A stretch of 64,000 nucleotides of DNA from an uncultured Gemmatimonadaceae bacterium. GTDB lineage: Bacteria > Gemmatimonadota > Gemmatimonadetes > Gemmatimonadales > Gemmatimonadaceae. The stretch lies in the NCBI GenBank assembly GCA_963829055.1, contig CAWHHI010000011.1, positions 1 through 64,000 of the forward strand. The letters are read 5' to 3'. The notes below the pieces were generated by a model. The model saw nothing but the letters and a program-made list of their open reading frames with translations. It was not told the DNA's origin and made no database searches. Of this stretch, positions 1 through 11,422 are shown piece after piece. Every line of letters starts with the position of its first letter. Position 1 is the first letter of the stretch. The position numbers were made by a program, and so were the translations under genes.

Positions 1-159
1 CGTCCAGCTGTCGGACGCATCGATGAAGCGGGCGATCGTGCCGCCGAAACTCCAGACGATGGCCGAGAGGCAGACCAGAAAGGAGCCGATGCGCTCGTCG
101 CGCGCCGAACCCGCCGGAGGGCGTGCCGGCGCCAGCTGTCCTTGCCTCGTCTCACTCAT
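1..159 (-). CDS. DMT/EamA family transporter, 5' part (runs off window)
   Basis: Manual translation MSETRQ...DERIGSFLVCLSAIVWSFGGTIARFIDASDSWT resembles an EamA first TM helix. Confidence 0.65.
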   Translation of the reverse strand, partial: MSETRQGQLAPARPPAGSARDERIGSFLVCLSAIVWSFGGTIARFIDASDSWT

Positions 160-495
160 GTCGCGTGCGGCTGCCAACAGGCTCCCAGCCGCGCAAATTC
201 TCGCGGCGGCCAATCCCGCCCGCACTAGTCAAAGCCAATCGGTCTGGCGTGGTCCAGCCGCGCAATCCGGTTGTGGCAATCGTGCAGCCGCCTGTCGGCT
301 GCGCGCCTCACCGGTGGCCGGCGAACCGTGGCCAGATGGTGCGCAGCAACTTCCCTGTGGGAGCCATCACCTGAGTCATGGGGCGCCGCGATAGAAGCCG
401 TCGTCGCATTGCGGACGCTGCCTGCGGCGCGCGATTTCCTGATAGACCATCGACCATATCAACATCTGTTCCATCACGGTGTCCTGTGGCTGAAG

Positions 496-570
496 TTCAT
501 AATTGAAAAGATAGCGCGTGAATTTGCGGGTTGAACTCGGCGTAAACGCCAGATATTTTTCAATTATGAA
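496..570. promoter_or_regulatory. Pair of LysR-type operator boxes forming a 14-bp inverted repeat
   Basis: TTCATAATTGAAAA (496-509) is the exact reverse complement of TTTTCAATTATGAA (557-570); the second overlaps the LysR start codon. Confidence 0.6.
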
Positions 571-1444
571 AAGCCTTGATTGGGAGGACCTGAAGTCTTC
601 ATCCAGGTGGGACGCGGCGGCGGACTGTCGGCGGCGGCCGTGGAGCTCGGGCTCAGCCCGGCGACGGTCGGGCGCCGGATGATCGCGCTCGAGCGCGCGG
701 TGTCACGGAAACTGTTCGTGCGGCGCCAGAGCGGCTACGGCTGACCGACGACGGCCGCACGCTGCTTGCCAAGGCGCTCGCCATGGAAGCCGGGGCCGGC
801 TCGGCCGATCGAAGACTGGCTGGCGGTCGGCGGCGAGCGGTCCCTGGTTCGGCTGTCGGCCGGAACCTGGATGGCCAACTTCTTCGGCGCCAATTTTTCG
901 CGCCTGTGGACGCCCGACGATCCGTTCCGGATCGCCTTCAAGACGACGGAGGCACGTCTCGACATCGCCCATCGCGAGGTCGAGATCGGTGTCCGCAATA
1001 GCGCCGCGGCGGGCGCCAACCTCGCTTCGCGCCGCACGGTCACCGTCGCCTATGCGCCGTTCCGCTCGCGCAATCACCCTTCGGCCGGCCGCGAGGATTG
1101 GGTGGCGATCGCGCCGGAGGATGCGGCCACGCCCTCTGCACGCTGGCTCAATGCACAGCCGCACATCGCGGTCGCAGCCTGGGCGAACACGCCGCGCACG
1201 CTCTACGATCTGATCCGCGCGGGCATCGGAAAGAGCGTCCTGCCATGCTTTGCCGGCGACCGCGAGCGCATCGCTCGAACGGGCCGGCGAGGAGATTGCG
1301 GAGCTTCGCGAGGGCCAGTGGCTGGTCATGCACAATGATGATCGCCATCGCCCGGACGTGCGCGTTGTGATCGAGCGGATGGCGGCGTTGATTGCCGCCC
1401 ATGCCGCGCTGTTTGCCGGCGAGCGACCGATCGGCGAGGGCTGA
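566..1444 (+). CDS. LysR family transcriptional regulator (several frameshifts)
   Basis: MKSLDWEDLK..GGLSAAAVELGLSPATVGRRMIALE HTH; REVEIGVR, GIGKSVLPCFAGD and WLVMHNDDRHRPDVR substrate-binding-domain motifs across frames. Confidence 0.85.
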
Positions 1445-1523
1445 TCGCGTTGGAGCGGCAAACGAAAATTGACGTTGCCGCCGGCCCTCCTATCTGGTCA
1501 CCTGCCCAGCGGGAGGCGAAACG

Positions 1524-2502
1524 ATGAAAGCAGCCTGGTACGAGCGCAATGGCGCAGCACGCGACGTGCTGGCGGTCGGCGAGATGGACACGCCCTTGCC
1601 CGGTCCGGGCGAGGTGCGGGTGAAGCTCGCCACCTCCGGCGTCAATCCATCCGACGTGAAGGGGAGGCAAGGACGCCCGCGCAGCTTCCCGCGCATCATC
1701 CCGCACAGCGACGGCGCCGGCGTGATCGACGCGGTCGGCAACCAGGCCGATCACAGCCGGATCGGCGAACGGGTGTGGCTGTGGAATGCCCAGTGGAAGC
1801 GGGCGTTCGGCACCGCGGCGGAGTATTGCGTGCTGGCGGGCGAGCAGGCGGTCAAGCTGCCCGATCGCGTCGATCTTGCGGCCGGCGCCTGCCTGGGCAT
1901 CCCGGCGCTCACTGCCCTGCAGGCGGTTCGGCTGCACGGACCGATCGCCGGCAAGACCTTGCTTGTCACCGGCGCCGGGTCGGCGGTCGGACACTACGTG
2001 ACCCAGATCGCCAAGGCGCGCGGCGCTCGCGTGATCGGCACGGCATCCGAGGCAAAGGCCCAGCATGCGCGCAGCGCCGGCGCCGACTTCGTGATCGACT
2101 ACAAGCAGAAGGATGTCGCCAAGGTCACCAAGGAGCTGACGCGCGGCGATGGCGTGCACGGCATCGTCGACATGGATCTGTCGAAGACGGTCGCGCTGAT
2201 CGCCGACGGCGTCGTCAGGCCGCACGGCATGATCGTCTGCTACGGGTCGAACATTGCCGGCGACGTCCCGCTCTCGTTTCCCGCAATGCTGTGGAACAGC
2301 TACGCGCTCAAGGTGTTCGTCGTCTACGAGATGAAGCCGGAAGATCGTCGCGCCGCCATCCAGGAACTCATTACTGCTGCGGGACGGGGTGCTCACCCAC
2401 AGCGTCGGCGCACGTTTTCGCTTGCGCGACATTGCCGCCGCGCACGAGGCGGTCGAAAGCGGCAAGGTCGTCGGAAACGTCGTGCTCGACGTCGAGGGCT
2501 AG
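1524..2502 (+). CDS. NADPH:quinone oxidoreductase (MDR family; frameshift near 2370)
   Basis: GVNPSDVK, PHSDGAGVIDAVG, GTAAEY, GAGSAVG; C-terminus AHEAVESGKVVGNVVLDVEG* in a shifted frame. Confidence 0.9.
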
Positions 2503-2939
2503 AGGAGCCGCTGCAGCAGCGCCGCCAGCCGCCCAGCGCCGCCGTCGGGCAATTTCCCGGCGAAATTCAGTGCGATGGCGCGCCGATATACTTTCCACAT
2601 GCGCCTGATCAGCGCCGATCCCTGCTCGGTGATCTGCAGCACCTGGCCACGGCCGTCTTGCGGGTGTGGCCGGCGTACCGCGTGACCCGCAGCCTCCAGC
2701 CGATCGACCAGCCTGGAGACATTGTACTGCGGCAGCAGCATTTCCTTCTCCAGGTCGCCCGGCCTCACGCCATCGGGCCTGGCGCGGTGCAATTCCAGCA
2801 ACGCGTCATACCAGGCGAGCGGCGGCAGACCGGCCTGCTTGAGGTCGCGCTCGGTTGCATCGAGCATTTTCGCCGACGCCTTCGAAAGACGCGCCCATGC
2901 GGCGATCTCGACCTCGCCGGGTCCGCTCTCGTCGTTCAT
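2499..2939 (-). CDS. MarR family transcriptional regulator
   Basis: WYDALLEL, LLPQYNVSRLVDRLE, DGRGQVLQITEQG winged-helix motifs. Confidence 0.9.
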   Translation of the reverse strand: MNDESGPGEVEIAAWARLSKASAKMLDATERDLKQAGLPPLAWYDALLELHRARPDGVRPGDLEKEMLLPQYNVSRLVDRLEAAGHAVRRPHPQDGRGQVLQITEQGSALIRRMWKVYRRAIALNFAGKLPDGGAGRLAALLQRLL

Positions 2940-2959
2940 GCCGCCTTCCTATCGAATTC

Positions 2960-3030
2960 ATGCAATTGCATCAAGCTTGACATTGCATGCAAACGCATCT
3001 AGATCATATCCATGCAAATGCATTTACATG
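2960..3030. promoter_or_regulatory. Putative MarR operator palindromes between divergent marR and gst
   Basis: ATGCAATTGCAT, TTGCATGCAA and near-palindrome CATGCAAATGCATTTACATG in an AT-rich spacer. Confidence 0.55.
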
Positions 3031-3086
3031 AGGTTCTTCGATGCGCCACAGCTTTGCTCCGAAACGGAAGTCCCCGGAGAAGTGAG

Positions 3087-3769
3087 GTGCAGCCCGCGTT
3101 CCGACTGATCAGCCACCATCTTTGCCCCTACGTCCAACGCGCGGCCATCGCGCTTGCGGAAAAAGGCATGCCGTTCGAGCGTACTTATGTCGACCTCGCC
3201 GCCAAGCCCGACTGGTTCAAGGCTATCTCGCCGCTCGGCAAGGTGCCGGTGCTGCTTGTCGGCGACCCCGCCGGCAATCAGACGAGCATCTTCGAATCCG
3301 CGGTGATCCTCGAATATCTGGAGGAGACCTTGCCCTCGCCGCTGCATCCCGCCGATCCGCTCGAACGGGCGCGGCATCGCGGCTGGATCGAATTCGGCTC
3401 GCAGACGCTCAACGCCATCGGCCGCTTCTATTCGGCGATGGACGAGGCCGGGTTCGAACGTGAACGCGCCGGTCTCGAGGCGATGTTCGCACGGCTCGAG
3501 AGCGAGCTTGGAGGCGGGCCGTTCTTCGCCGGCGAACCATTCAGCCTCGTCGACGCGGTGTTCGCCCCGGTGTTCCGCTACTTCGACGGCTTCGACCGGG
3601 TGGGCGATTCGGCATCCTGGCCGGCAAGCCGAAGCTCGCCGCATGGCGCGAGGCGCTGGCCGCAAGGCCGTCGGTGCGCTCGGCGGTCGTCGAGGACTTT
3701 CCGGAAAGGCTGATGCGGTTCTTCGAGGCGCGGCACGGCCTTCTGGTGAGAAACCGGCTGGCGGCCTGA
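3087..3769 (+). CDS. Glutathione S-transferase (frameshift near 3610)
   Basis: SHHLCPYVQR, ISPLGKVPVL, FESAVILEYLEE, FSLVDAVFAPVFRYF. Confidence 0.9.
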
Positions 3770-3806
3770 AAGGCTGCGCGAGGCCAGGGCCGGCGACAGT
3801 GCGCTC

Positions 3807-3914
3807 TCAGGCGACCCGTTTCACCACAGCCGCGACCGTGCCTTCGTCGACTTGAGCAAGGTCGTGGTTGGTCTGCAGGTTCATCCAGAATTGCGGTGTC
3901 GTCCCGAAATAGGG
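3807..3914 (-). pseudogene. HigA-type antitoxin, C-terminal remnant
   Basis: Translation YFGTTPQFWMNLQTNHDLAQVDEGTVAAVVKRVA* matches the HigA/VapI C-terminal signature; N-terminal HTH absent. Confidence 0.7.
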
Positions 3915-4040
3915 GAGAGGGTCCTTGCTGTCAGCAAGCACTTGGTCTTCTACTGCTACGACGACATTTCCGGCCAGGTGACAGTTGTAACCATCCTCGA
4001 CGGCCGTCGCGACATCGAAGACCTTCTCGAAGATCTGTAG
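3900..4040 (+). pseudogene. RelE/ParE toxin, C-terminal remnant
   Basis: RPEIGERVLAVSKHLVFY...VTVVTILDGRRDIEDLL resembles the ParE C-terminal half; N-terminus absent. Confidence 0.65.
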
Positions 4041-4067
4041 CGCCGTCCACGCAGACGGTCGCGCCTG

Positions 4068-5504
4068 CTACTGGAAATCGAACGCGCTCAACCCCGTCAC
4101 CATCTCGTCCAGACCCAGCGGCCGGGTCACCGGCGGCTCGGCGCGGGCGAGGCAGCCGATGCGCTCGCAGACCCGGCAGGCCGGGCCGACCGGCGTCGAT
4201 CGCCGGGCCGCCGTCGCGGTGCCGGCTGCCGGCAGCGCCGTGCCGTAGACGATCTCTTGCCTGAAGCCGATATCGCAGCCGATCAGCAGCGCCGTGCGCC
4301 GCGGCCGTTCGGCGAAGGCGCCTTGCGGGCCTTCCAGCGTGCGGGCAATGCACAGGAACGCGGCGCCATCGGGCATTTCGACGGCCTCGACCAGGATCTG
4401 TCCCGGCTGGGCAAAGGCGGCATGGACCGGCAGCTTCGGGCAGCCGCCGCCGAAGCGGGCGTGCGGGAAGCCTTGCCCCCCGGCGCGCCGCAGGCGGTGC
4501 CCGGCACTGTCGATCTCCAGCATGAAGAACGGAATGCCCGAGGCGCCCGAGCGTCCGAGCGTGGTCAGCCGGTTCGCCGCCTGCTCGAAGGACACGCCGA
4601 AGCGCGAGCGCAGCACGTCGATGTCATGCCCGGCACGCTGGGCTGCCGCGTGGAACGGCTGATAGGGCATCATCAGTGCATGCGCGGCGTAGCGGGCAAG
4701 CTCGAAACGGGCCAGACGCCGCGCCTCGTCGGTGGTCAGCGCCAGCGCTGCAATCTCGGCGGCAACGGCGACGCGCATCCGGATCAGGCACGCCTCCATG
4801 GCAATCTCGCGCAATTGGTCGAACGGCGACAGGCGCTCGGAAATGAACAGGCGCTGCGAGTGGCGGTCGTAGCGTCGGCGCCAGTTGGGCATGGTGGAGA
4901 CGGGCAGCACGCGCACGACGATGCCGAATTCCCGCTTCAGCCAGGCCTTCAGCGCACCGGTAAGGTCGTCGCCGGGATCGAGCAGCGCGGTGAACGCCTC
5001 CGCTTCCGCCTCGATCGCGGCGAAATGGTTCGGCCGCCGCTCGAAGATTTCGCGCACCTCGTCGATCGGCAGCCGGGCGCCGGACAATGCGGTCGCCCGC
5101 CCCTCGCGGGCCAGCAGGTCGGACAGGTCGGACAGACGGTCGGCCTGCTCGCGATAGGCGCGGAACAGTTTTACCATCGCCGCCGCGGCATTGGGCGCGG
5201 CGGCGGCGACCTCGATCAGTTCCTGATCGCCCGGCAGCTCTGCGGACAGCAGCGGGTCGGAGAACACTTCCTTCAGCGCCGCGACCGTGTTGCCCGGCGA
5301 GGACTGCAGTTCGTCGATCTCCAGGCTGTAGACCGAGGCCAGCCGCAACAGCAGTTGCACGGTGAGCGGCCGCTGGTTGCGCTCGATTAGGTTGAGGTAG
5401 GATGGCGAAATGCCCAGACCCTCGGCCATCGCCGACTGGGTGAGCCCCTTGCCGATGCGGATGCGGCGGATGCGCGGTCCGGCGAATATCTTCTGTTCGG
5501 CCAT
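4068..5504 (-). CDS. XRE-family short-chain fatty acyl-CoA regulator (RamB/PccR/ScfR family)
   Basis: N-terminal HTH GISPSYLNLIERNQRP, FGVSFEQAANRL, GGCP, C-terminal CRVCERIGC; divergent from aceA. Confidence 0.9.
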   Translation of the reverse strand: MAEQKIFAGPRIRRIRIGKGLTQSAMAEGLGISPSYLNLIERNQRPLTVQLLLRLASVYSLEIDELQSSPGNTVAALKEVFSDPLLSAELPGDQELIEVAAAAPNAAAAMVKLFRAYREQADRLSDLSDLLAREGRATALSGARLPIDEVREIFERRPNHFAAIEAEAEAFTALLDPGDDLTGALKAWLKREFGIVVRVLPVSTMPNWRRRYDRHSQRLFISERLSPFDQLREIAMEACLIRMRVAVAAEIAALALTTDEARRLARFELARYAAHALMMPYQPFHAAAQRAGHDIDVLRSRFGVSFEQAANRLTTLGRSGASGIPFFMLEIDSAGHRLRRAGGQGFPHARFGGGCPKLPVHAAFAQPGQILVEAVEMPDGAAFLCIARTLEGPQGAFAERPRRTALLIGCDIGFRQEIVYGTALPAAGTATAARRSTPVGPACRVCERIGCLARAEPPVTRPLGLDEMVTGLSAFDFQ

Positions 5505-5518
5505 TGCTTTGACACGAT

Positions 5519-5666
5519 TTTACAGGGCGCCGATATGTTGACGCACGTTGGCATTTTACAGAATTTACAAATTTACAGGTCGCGCCGGTAAATCACAAGA
5601 CAGGATTACCCTTATTTTTCGCGAAGGTCGGGATTTTTCTGGCTCCCTCGTGCATTGCAGTGTAAA
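5519..5666. promoter_or_regulatory. TTTACA repeat cluster, putative operator of the XRE regulator
   Basis: TTTACA at 5519, 5555, 5564 and 5572, and TGTAAA at 5661, between the regulator and aceA. Confidence 0.5.
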
Positions 5667-5733
5667 GAAAGTCGCGATGAATGACGAATTGAGTGCACCA
5701 CTCATTTGCCGCGCCGCCGATCCGGAGAGTGAG

Positions 5734-7026
<1,293 letters not shown>

Positions 7027-7050
7027 ACACCACGGGCAAGGAGCATCGTC

Positions 7051-7291
7051 ATGGCACCCAGAACACGCGTCAAGGAACGGGCCGAGGAACAGGCCTCGGC
7101 CATGAGCATCGATCAGCAGGCGGTGATCCGCATGGTCGCCAACGATCTGCACCGCCTCAACCAGTCGGTGATGAAGGCGGTCAGCCGGCGTTTCGGTGGA
7201 GCTGGTCCGCTCCGCCCGCCACCATGGCGGCGCCGGTAATTGGGGCGATCTGCTGATCCCGGTCATCGTCACGCAATCAGCGGTCGCCTGA
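7051..7291 (+). CDS. Small aceA-linked protein (SMc00767-like acetate metabolism regulator; frameshift)
   Basis: [51 protein letters not shown]; directly after aceA as in rhizobia. Confidence 0.75.
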
Positions 7292-7378
7292 CTGCCGATC
7301 CGATCCAATGGCTCCCGGGAGGAGACCAGGCGATTCGGTTGCCGCCATGGGTAGAGCCGGATCACCGCCATTCTGTGG

Positions 7379-7981
7379 TTAGGCCCAGGCTCCGGCGTCC
7401 TTGACCACTACCGCGAAGGCATCGTGCAATTCGGCCAGCGCCGACTGCCATACCGTCTGCGCCGGTATGACGCCGCCGAGCGGGTTCGGCAGGTCGCGCG
7501 TCGCTGTGGCATCCGCCACAACGGTCACCCTGAAGCCGTGCGCTTCGGCTGCGGCACGCGCCGTCGCCGACACGCAGACATGGGTCATGTCGCCGGCGAT
7601 GATGACCTCGGTGCGCCCGGTCTCGCGGATCCGCTCTGCAAGGCCGGTTTCGAGAAAGGCGTTGGCATAGGTCTTCCAGATCACCGGCTCGCCGTCCCTT
7701 GGCGCCACCGCCGGCAAATGCGCGACATACGGGCCGTCGGTGTCGAAGGCCGGCGCGCCCGGTCCCGCGCCATGCGCGATGTGGAAGACCGGAACTCCGC
7801 GTTCACGGGCAAGCGCCAAAAGCTTGCCGGCCTCGAGCGCAGCTCCCTGCACGTTCTCGAGCGGTGCGGCGCCATCCACATATTCGCGCTGGATGTCGAT
7901 CAGGAGCAGCGCCGACTGGACGAGTGGCGACGGGTGCTCAGGCGCCCCGAAGATCTGGTTGAACGTCTTTGGAATGCTCAT
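7379..7981 (-). CDS. Isochorismatase/cysteine hydrolase family protein
   Basis: ALLLIDIQREY, K..ANAF, AGDMTHVCVSATAR, VVADATAT. Confidence 0.9.
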   Translation of the reverse strand: MSIPKTFNQIFGAPEHPSPLVQSALLLIDIQREYVDGAAPLENVQGAALEAGKLLALARERGVPVFHIAHGAGPGAPAFDTDGPYVAHLPAVAPRDGEPVIWKTYANAFLETGLAERIRETGRTEVIIAGDMTHVCVSATARAAAEAHGFRVTVVADATATRDLPNPLGGVIPAQTVWQSALAELHDAFAVVVKDAGAWA

Positions 7982-8008
7982 CGATCTCTCCTTTGGCAAA
8001 TCATTTGT

Positions 8009-8570
8009 CTACGCGAGCAGGTCATTGGCCAGGCTGCCCCAAGGCGCGCTTGAACGGCGCGGTGTCGCACAGCGCCCGGGACACCACCAGCGCGCCCTCG
8101 ATGCGGATCACGGCATCCTGCGCGCGCCGCCTGGCCTCCGCCGGCGCAATGCCGGCCTGGACCAGCACCGCCGCGATCGCGGCGATCCATTCCGCGGCGC
8201 CCCGCCCGACATCCTGGCGAATAGCGGCCGGCGTGCCGGCTACCGAAAAAATATCGATCAGGCAGGATTTCGCGCCGCCGTCGTAAAAGCCGGCCAGCGC
8301 CGCCGCCATCGCCGCCAGCCGCCCGGCCGGCGCCTCGTCTGTCTTCAGGAGCGCCAAGACATCTTCGCCCATCTGCAGCTTCGCCGCTGACAGCACCGCC
8401 GCCGCCATCGCCGCCTTGCCTTCGGGGAAGCGGTGATAGAGTGCCGCCTTGGAGAGCCGTGAGACCGCGGCCAGATCCGACATCGAGGCGCCCTCAAAGC
8501 CCTTCTGCCGAAACACCGCCGCCAAGCGCGAGACGAGGTCATCCCTCGACAGGGTTTCAGGACGAGCCAT
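8009..8570 (-). CDS. TetR/AcrR family regulator (3' end uncertain, probable indel)
   Basis: FRQKGFEGASMSDLAAVSRLSKAALYHRFPEGK HTH. Confidence 0.9.
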
Positions 8571-8584
8571 AGCGACCACCATAT

Positions 8585-8602
8585 TTACCGATCGTTCGGT
8601 AA
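8585..8602. promoter_or_regulatory. Putative TetR operator
   Basis: Near-perfect palindrome TTACCGATCGTTCGGTAA about 15 bp upstream of the tetR start. Confidence 0.65.
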
Positions 8603-8823
8603 TTAACTCAGCGTGGCGGAGCAGTCAACAAGCCAAGCGCGATCCGGTACGCCAGAGTTGCAGTTCAGTGCGGCCGCACATCCGGCTAAGCATTTCGCAT
8701 CTATAAACCACTTGAACTTTGGCGGTGCAGGCGGCCCGTTTTGCCTTGACAATGGCCCCAAACCATCGACTATCGACGCAGATCGGTGGTCGTTTCGTTC
8801 TTTTGCGAACGGTTTTCCAGAAA

Positions 8824-9279
8824 ATGTCGAAATGGAATATCGAACGGGATTTCGGCAGTTTGGGGCTTCCGGGCGCGGTTGATGCCGGCCAAACCAACAC
8901 CGTCAATCTTGGCGCAGTGGTCGTGATCGGCAAATCGAACATAACCCGGGTCGTCGTCTCCAGGATCGTCGAACGGTCCGGGCTTCGGCCGGTTGCGGAA
9001 GTGCCGCAAGACGCCCAGCGCACTTTGGCGCGCGTGATGCCGGGCACCGTCATCCTCGACGGCGGCGCCGACAACTGCGACTGCAGCCATCTCTACGCTT
9101 GCCTCAGCGACCAGCGTCGAGCTTCGGGCCTGCCGCGGGTCATTCTTTTGTCGACCAACAACGGGACACCCGAGACCCTGTCGCTCGGCGCGATGGTCGA
9201 CGCCGTCGTCGCCAAGCCGATCACGCCGGAAAACCTGCAGCCGGTGGTCGACCGTCTCGTTCAGTCGGCGCGGCGCTGA
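8824..9279 (+). CDS. Atypical single-domain response regulator (receiver)
   Basis: VILDGG, VILLST and VVAKPITPENL receiver motifs; N-terminal acidic pair missing. Confidence 0.65.
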   Translation: MSKWNIERDFGSLGLPGAVDAGQTNTVNLGAVVVIGKSNITRVVVSRIVERSGLRPVAEVPQDAQRTLARVMPGTVILDGGADNCDCSHLYACLSDQRRASGLPRVILLSTNNGTPETLSLGAMVDAVVAKPITPENLQPVVDRLVQSARR

Positions 9280-9333
9280 CGATCCTGCTCCATCTTATCC
9301 ACTGGACGATATGATCCCTGGTCGGCAGAAGAG

Positions 9334-9849
9334 ATGAAACCTGCAATCGTCCTGAGACAGTACGACGCGCGATGGCCCGGCCTTTTCGAAGCCGAGCGAG
9401 AGGCCATTTTGTCTGTCTGTGGCGACCTGATCGGCGAGTTGCATCATATCGGCAGCACCTCCATCCCCGGCATCGCCGCAAAGCCCATCATCGACATCCT
9501 GGCGACCCTCGGCCGACACGAGGATGGATGGGCCTGCACAGATGCCATGGCTCGACTTGGGTACGAGTATCGCGGCGACGGAGGCGTCGACGGACGTCAC
9601 TATTTTCGAAAGGGAAATCCACAGACCCACCATGTTCATATGTTCGCCTGGGATCATCGGGCGGTTTCGCGTGACGTCAGGTTTCGTGACTATCTGCGCT
9701 CTCACCCGAAGGAAGCGCACGCTTACGAAATGCTCAAGCGAGAATTGGCGGCCCGTTTCGTCACGGACACGCTTTCCTACTCTAACGCCAAAAGCGATTT
9801 CTGTAGACGCATCGATCGGCTGGCGCTTGCGTCAAAACCGGCGCCGTGA
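9334..9849 (+). CDS. GrpB/UPF0157 family nucleotidyltransferase-like protein
   Basis: HHIGSTSIPGIAAKPIIDI, HHVHM, FRDYLR, Y..LK, YSNAKSDF. Confidence 0.92.
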   Translation: MKPAIVLRQYDARWPGLFEAEREAILSVCGDLIGELHHIGSTSIPGIAAKPIIDILATLGRHEDGWACTDAMARLGYEYRGDGGVDGRHYFRKGNPQTHHVHMFAWDHRAVSRDVRFRDYLRSHPKEAHAYEMLKRELAARFVTDTLSYSNAKSDFCRRIDRLALASKPAP

Positions 9850-9961
9850 CGGGCAAAGCGTCCCTCGGACCCGGTCAGCTGCCGCTGTCGGTGTCGCCTG
9901 CCCTTCCCTTCGGCCGCCCCCCGCGGCTATACTCGGCAACTCGCAACCATTCTGGTGATTG

Positions 9962-11396
9962 ATGCCGCCCGCAAAGAAGGAAGCCCGACCGTCGGCGCGC
10001 GTCGGGCGCGCCCGCACGCCCGCCTATGTCAAGAATTATCGCGGCGTGAAGAACTGGAAGGAAGTCGGCGACTGGCTGCAATGGCGCGGCATCGAGGACA
10101 TCGAATGCATCACCCCGGATCAGGCGGGCGTGGCCCGCGGCAAGATGATGCCGTCGAAGAAATTCACCTCCAACACGTCGCTCGCGCTGCCCTCCGCGGT
10201 GTTCATGGCGACCATCTCGGGCGGCTATCCCGAAGACGGCAACGGCTTCGCCTATCCGGCGGATGACGGCGATCTCAAGCTGGTGCCGGATCTGTCGACG
10301 CTGACGGTCGTGCCATGGGAGGAAGACCCGACCGCACAGGTGATCTGCGATCTGGTCCACCAGGATGGGCGCTTCGTCGAGTTCACCCCGCGCAACGTGC
10401 TGAAGCGCATCGTGGCGCTTTATGCCGAGGACGGGCTGCGGCCGGTGGTGGCGCCGGAGATCGAATTCTACCTGGTGCGCAAGAACCCCGATCCCGACTA
10501 TCCGCTGACGCCGCCGGTCGGGCGCTCCGGCCGGGCGATCGGCGGCGGCGCCGGCTATTCGATCGCCGGCGTCAACGAATTCGACGAGCTGATCGACGAT
10601 ATCTACCATTTCTCGGAAAGCCAGGGGCTGGAGATCGACACGCTGATCCATGAGGAGGGTGCAGGCCAGCTCGAGATCAACCTGCGCCACGGCGATCCGG
10701 TCGAACTCGCCGACCAGGTCTTCATGTTCAAGCGCACGATCCGCGAGGCGGCGCTGAAGCACGACACCTACGCCACCTTCATGGCCAAGCCGATCCAGGG
10801 CCAGCCGGGCTCGGCCATGCACATCCACCAGTCGGTCGTGCAGCGGAAGACCGGCAACAATATCTTCAAGGACGAGAACGGCGCCGAAACCGACGCCTTC
10901 TTCCACTTCATCGGCGGCATGCAGAAGCATGTCCCGAACGCGCTGGTGATGTTTGCGCCATACGTCAACTCGTACCGCCGGCTGACCCAGGCGGCGTCCG
11001 CGCCGGTCAACAACAAATGGGGCTACGACAACCGCACCACCGCCTTCCGCGTGCCGCGCTCCGATCCCGCTGCCCGGCGCGTCGAAAACCGCATCCCGTC
11101 CTCCGACGCCAATCCCTATCTGGCGCTTGCCGCCTCGCTCGCCTGCGGCCTGATCGGGCTCAGGAACAGAGCTGAAGCCCGATGCGCCTGTCGTGACCAG
11201 CGCCAACGAGGACGAGATCGACCTGCCGCGCGGCCTGCTCGAAGCCGTCGACCTGTTCGAGGCCGACGATGAGCTGCGGGTGATGCTGGGGGCTTCCTTC
11301 GTGGCCACCTACTCGGCGATCAAGCGCGCCGAGTTCGAGACCTTCATGGAGGTGATCAGCCCCTGGGAGCGCGAGTTCCTGCTGCTCAACGTCTGA
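9962..11396 (+). CDS. Glutamine synthetase family protein (PuuA-like gamma-glutamylpolyamine synthetase; late frameshift)
   Basis: GVARGK, APEIEFYL, HEEGAGQLEIN, GSAMHIHQS, RVENR, ISPWEREFLLLNV. Confidence 0.9.
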
Positions 11397-11422
11397 TTTT
11401 TTCGAGCGGCCCAACCCCGATC

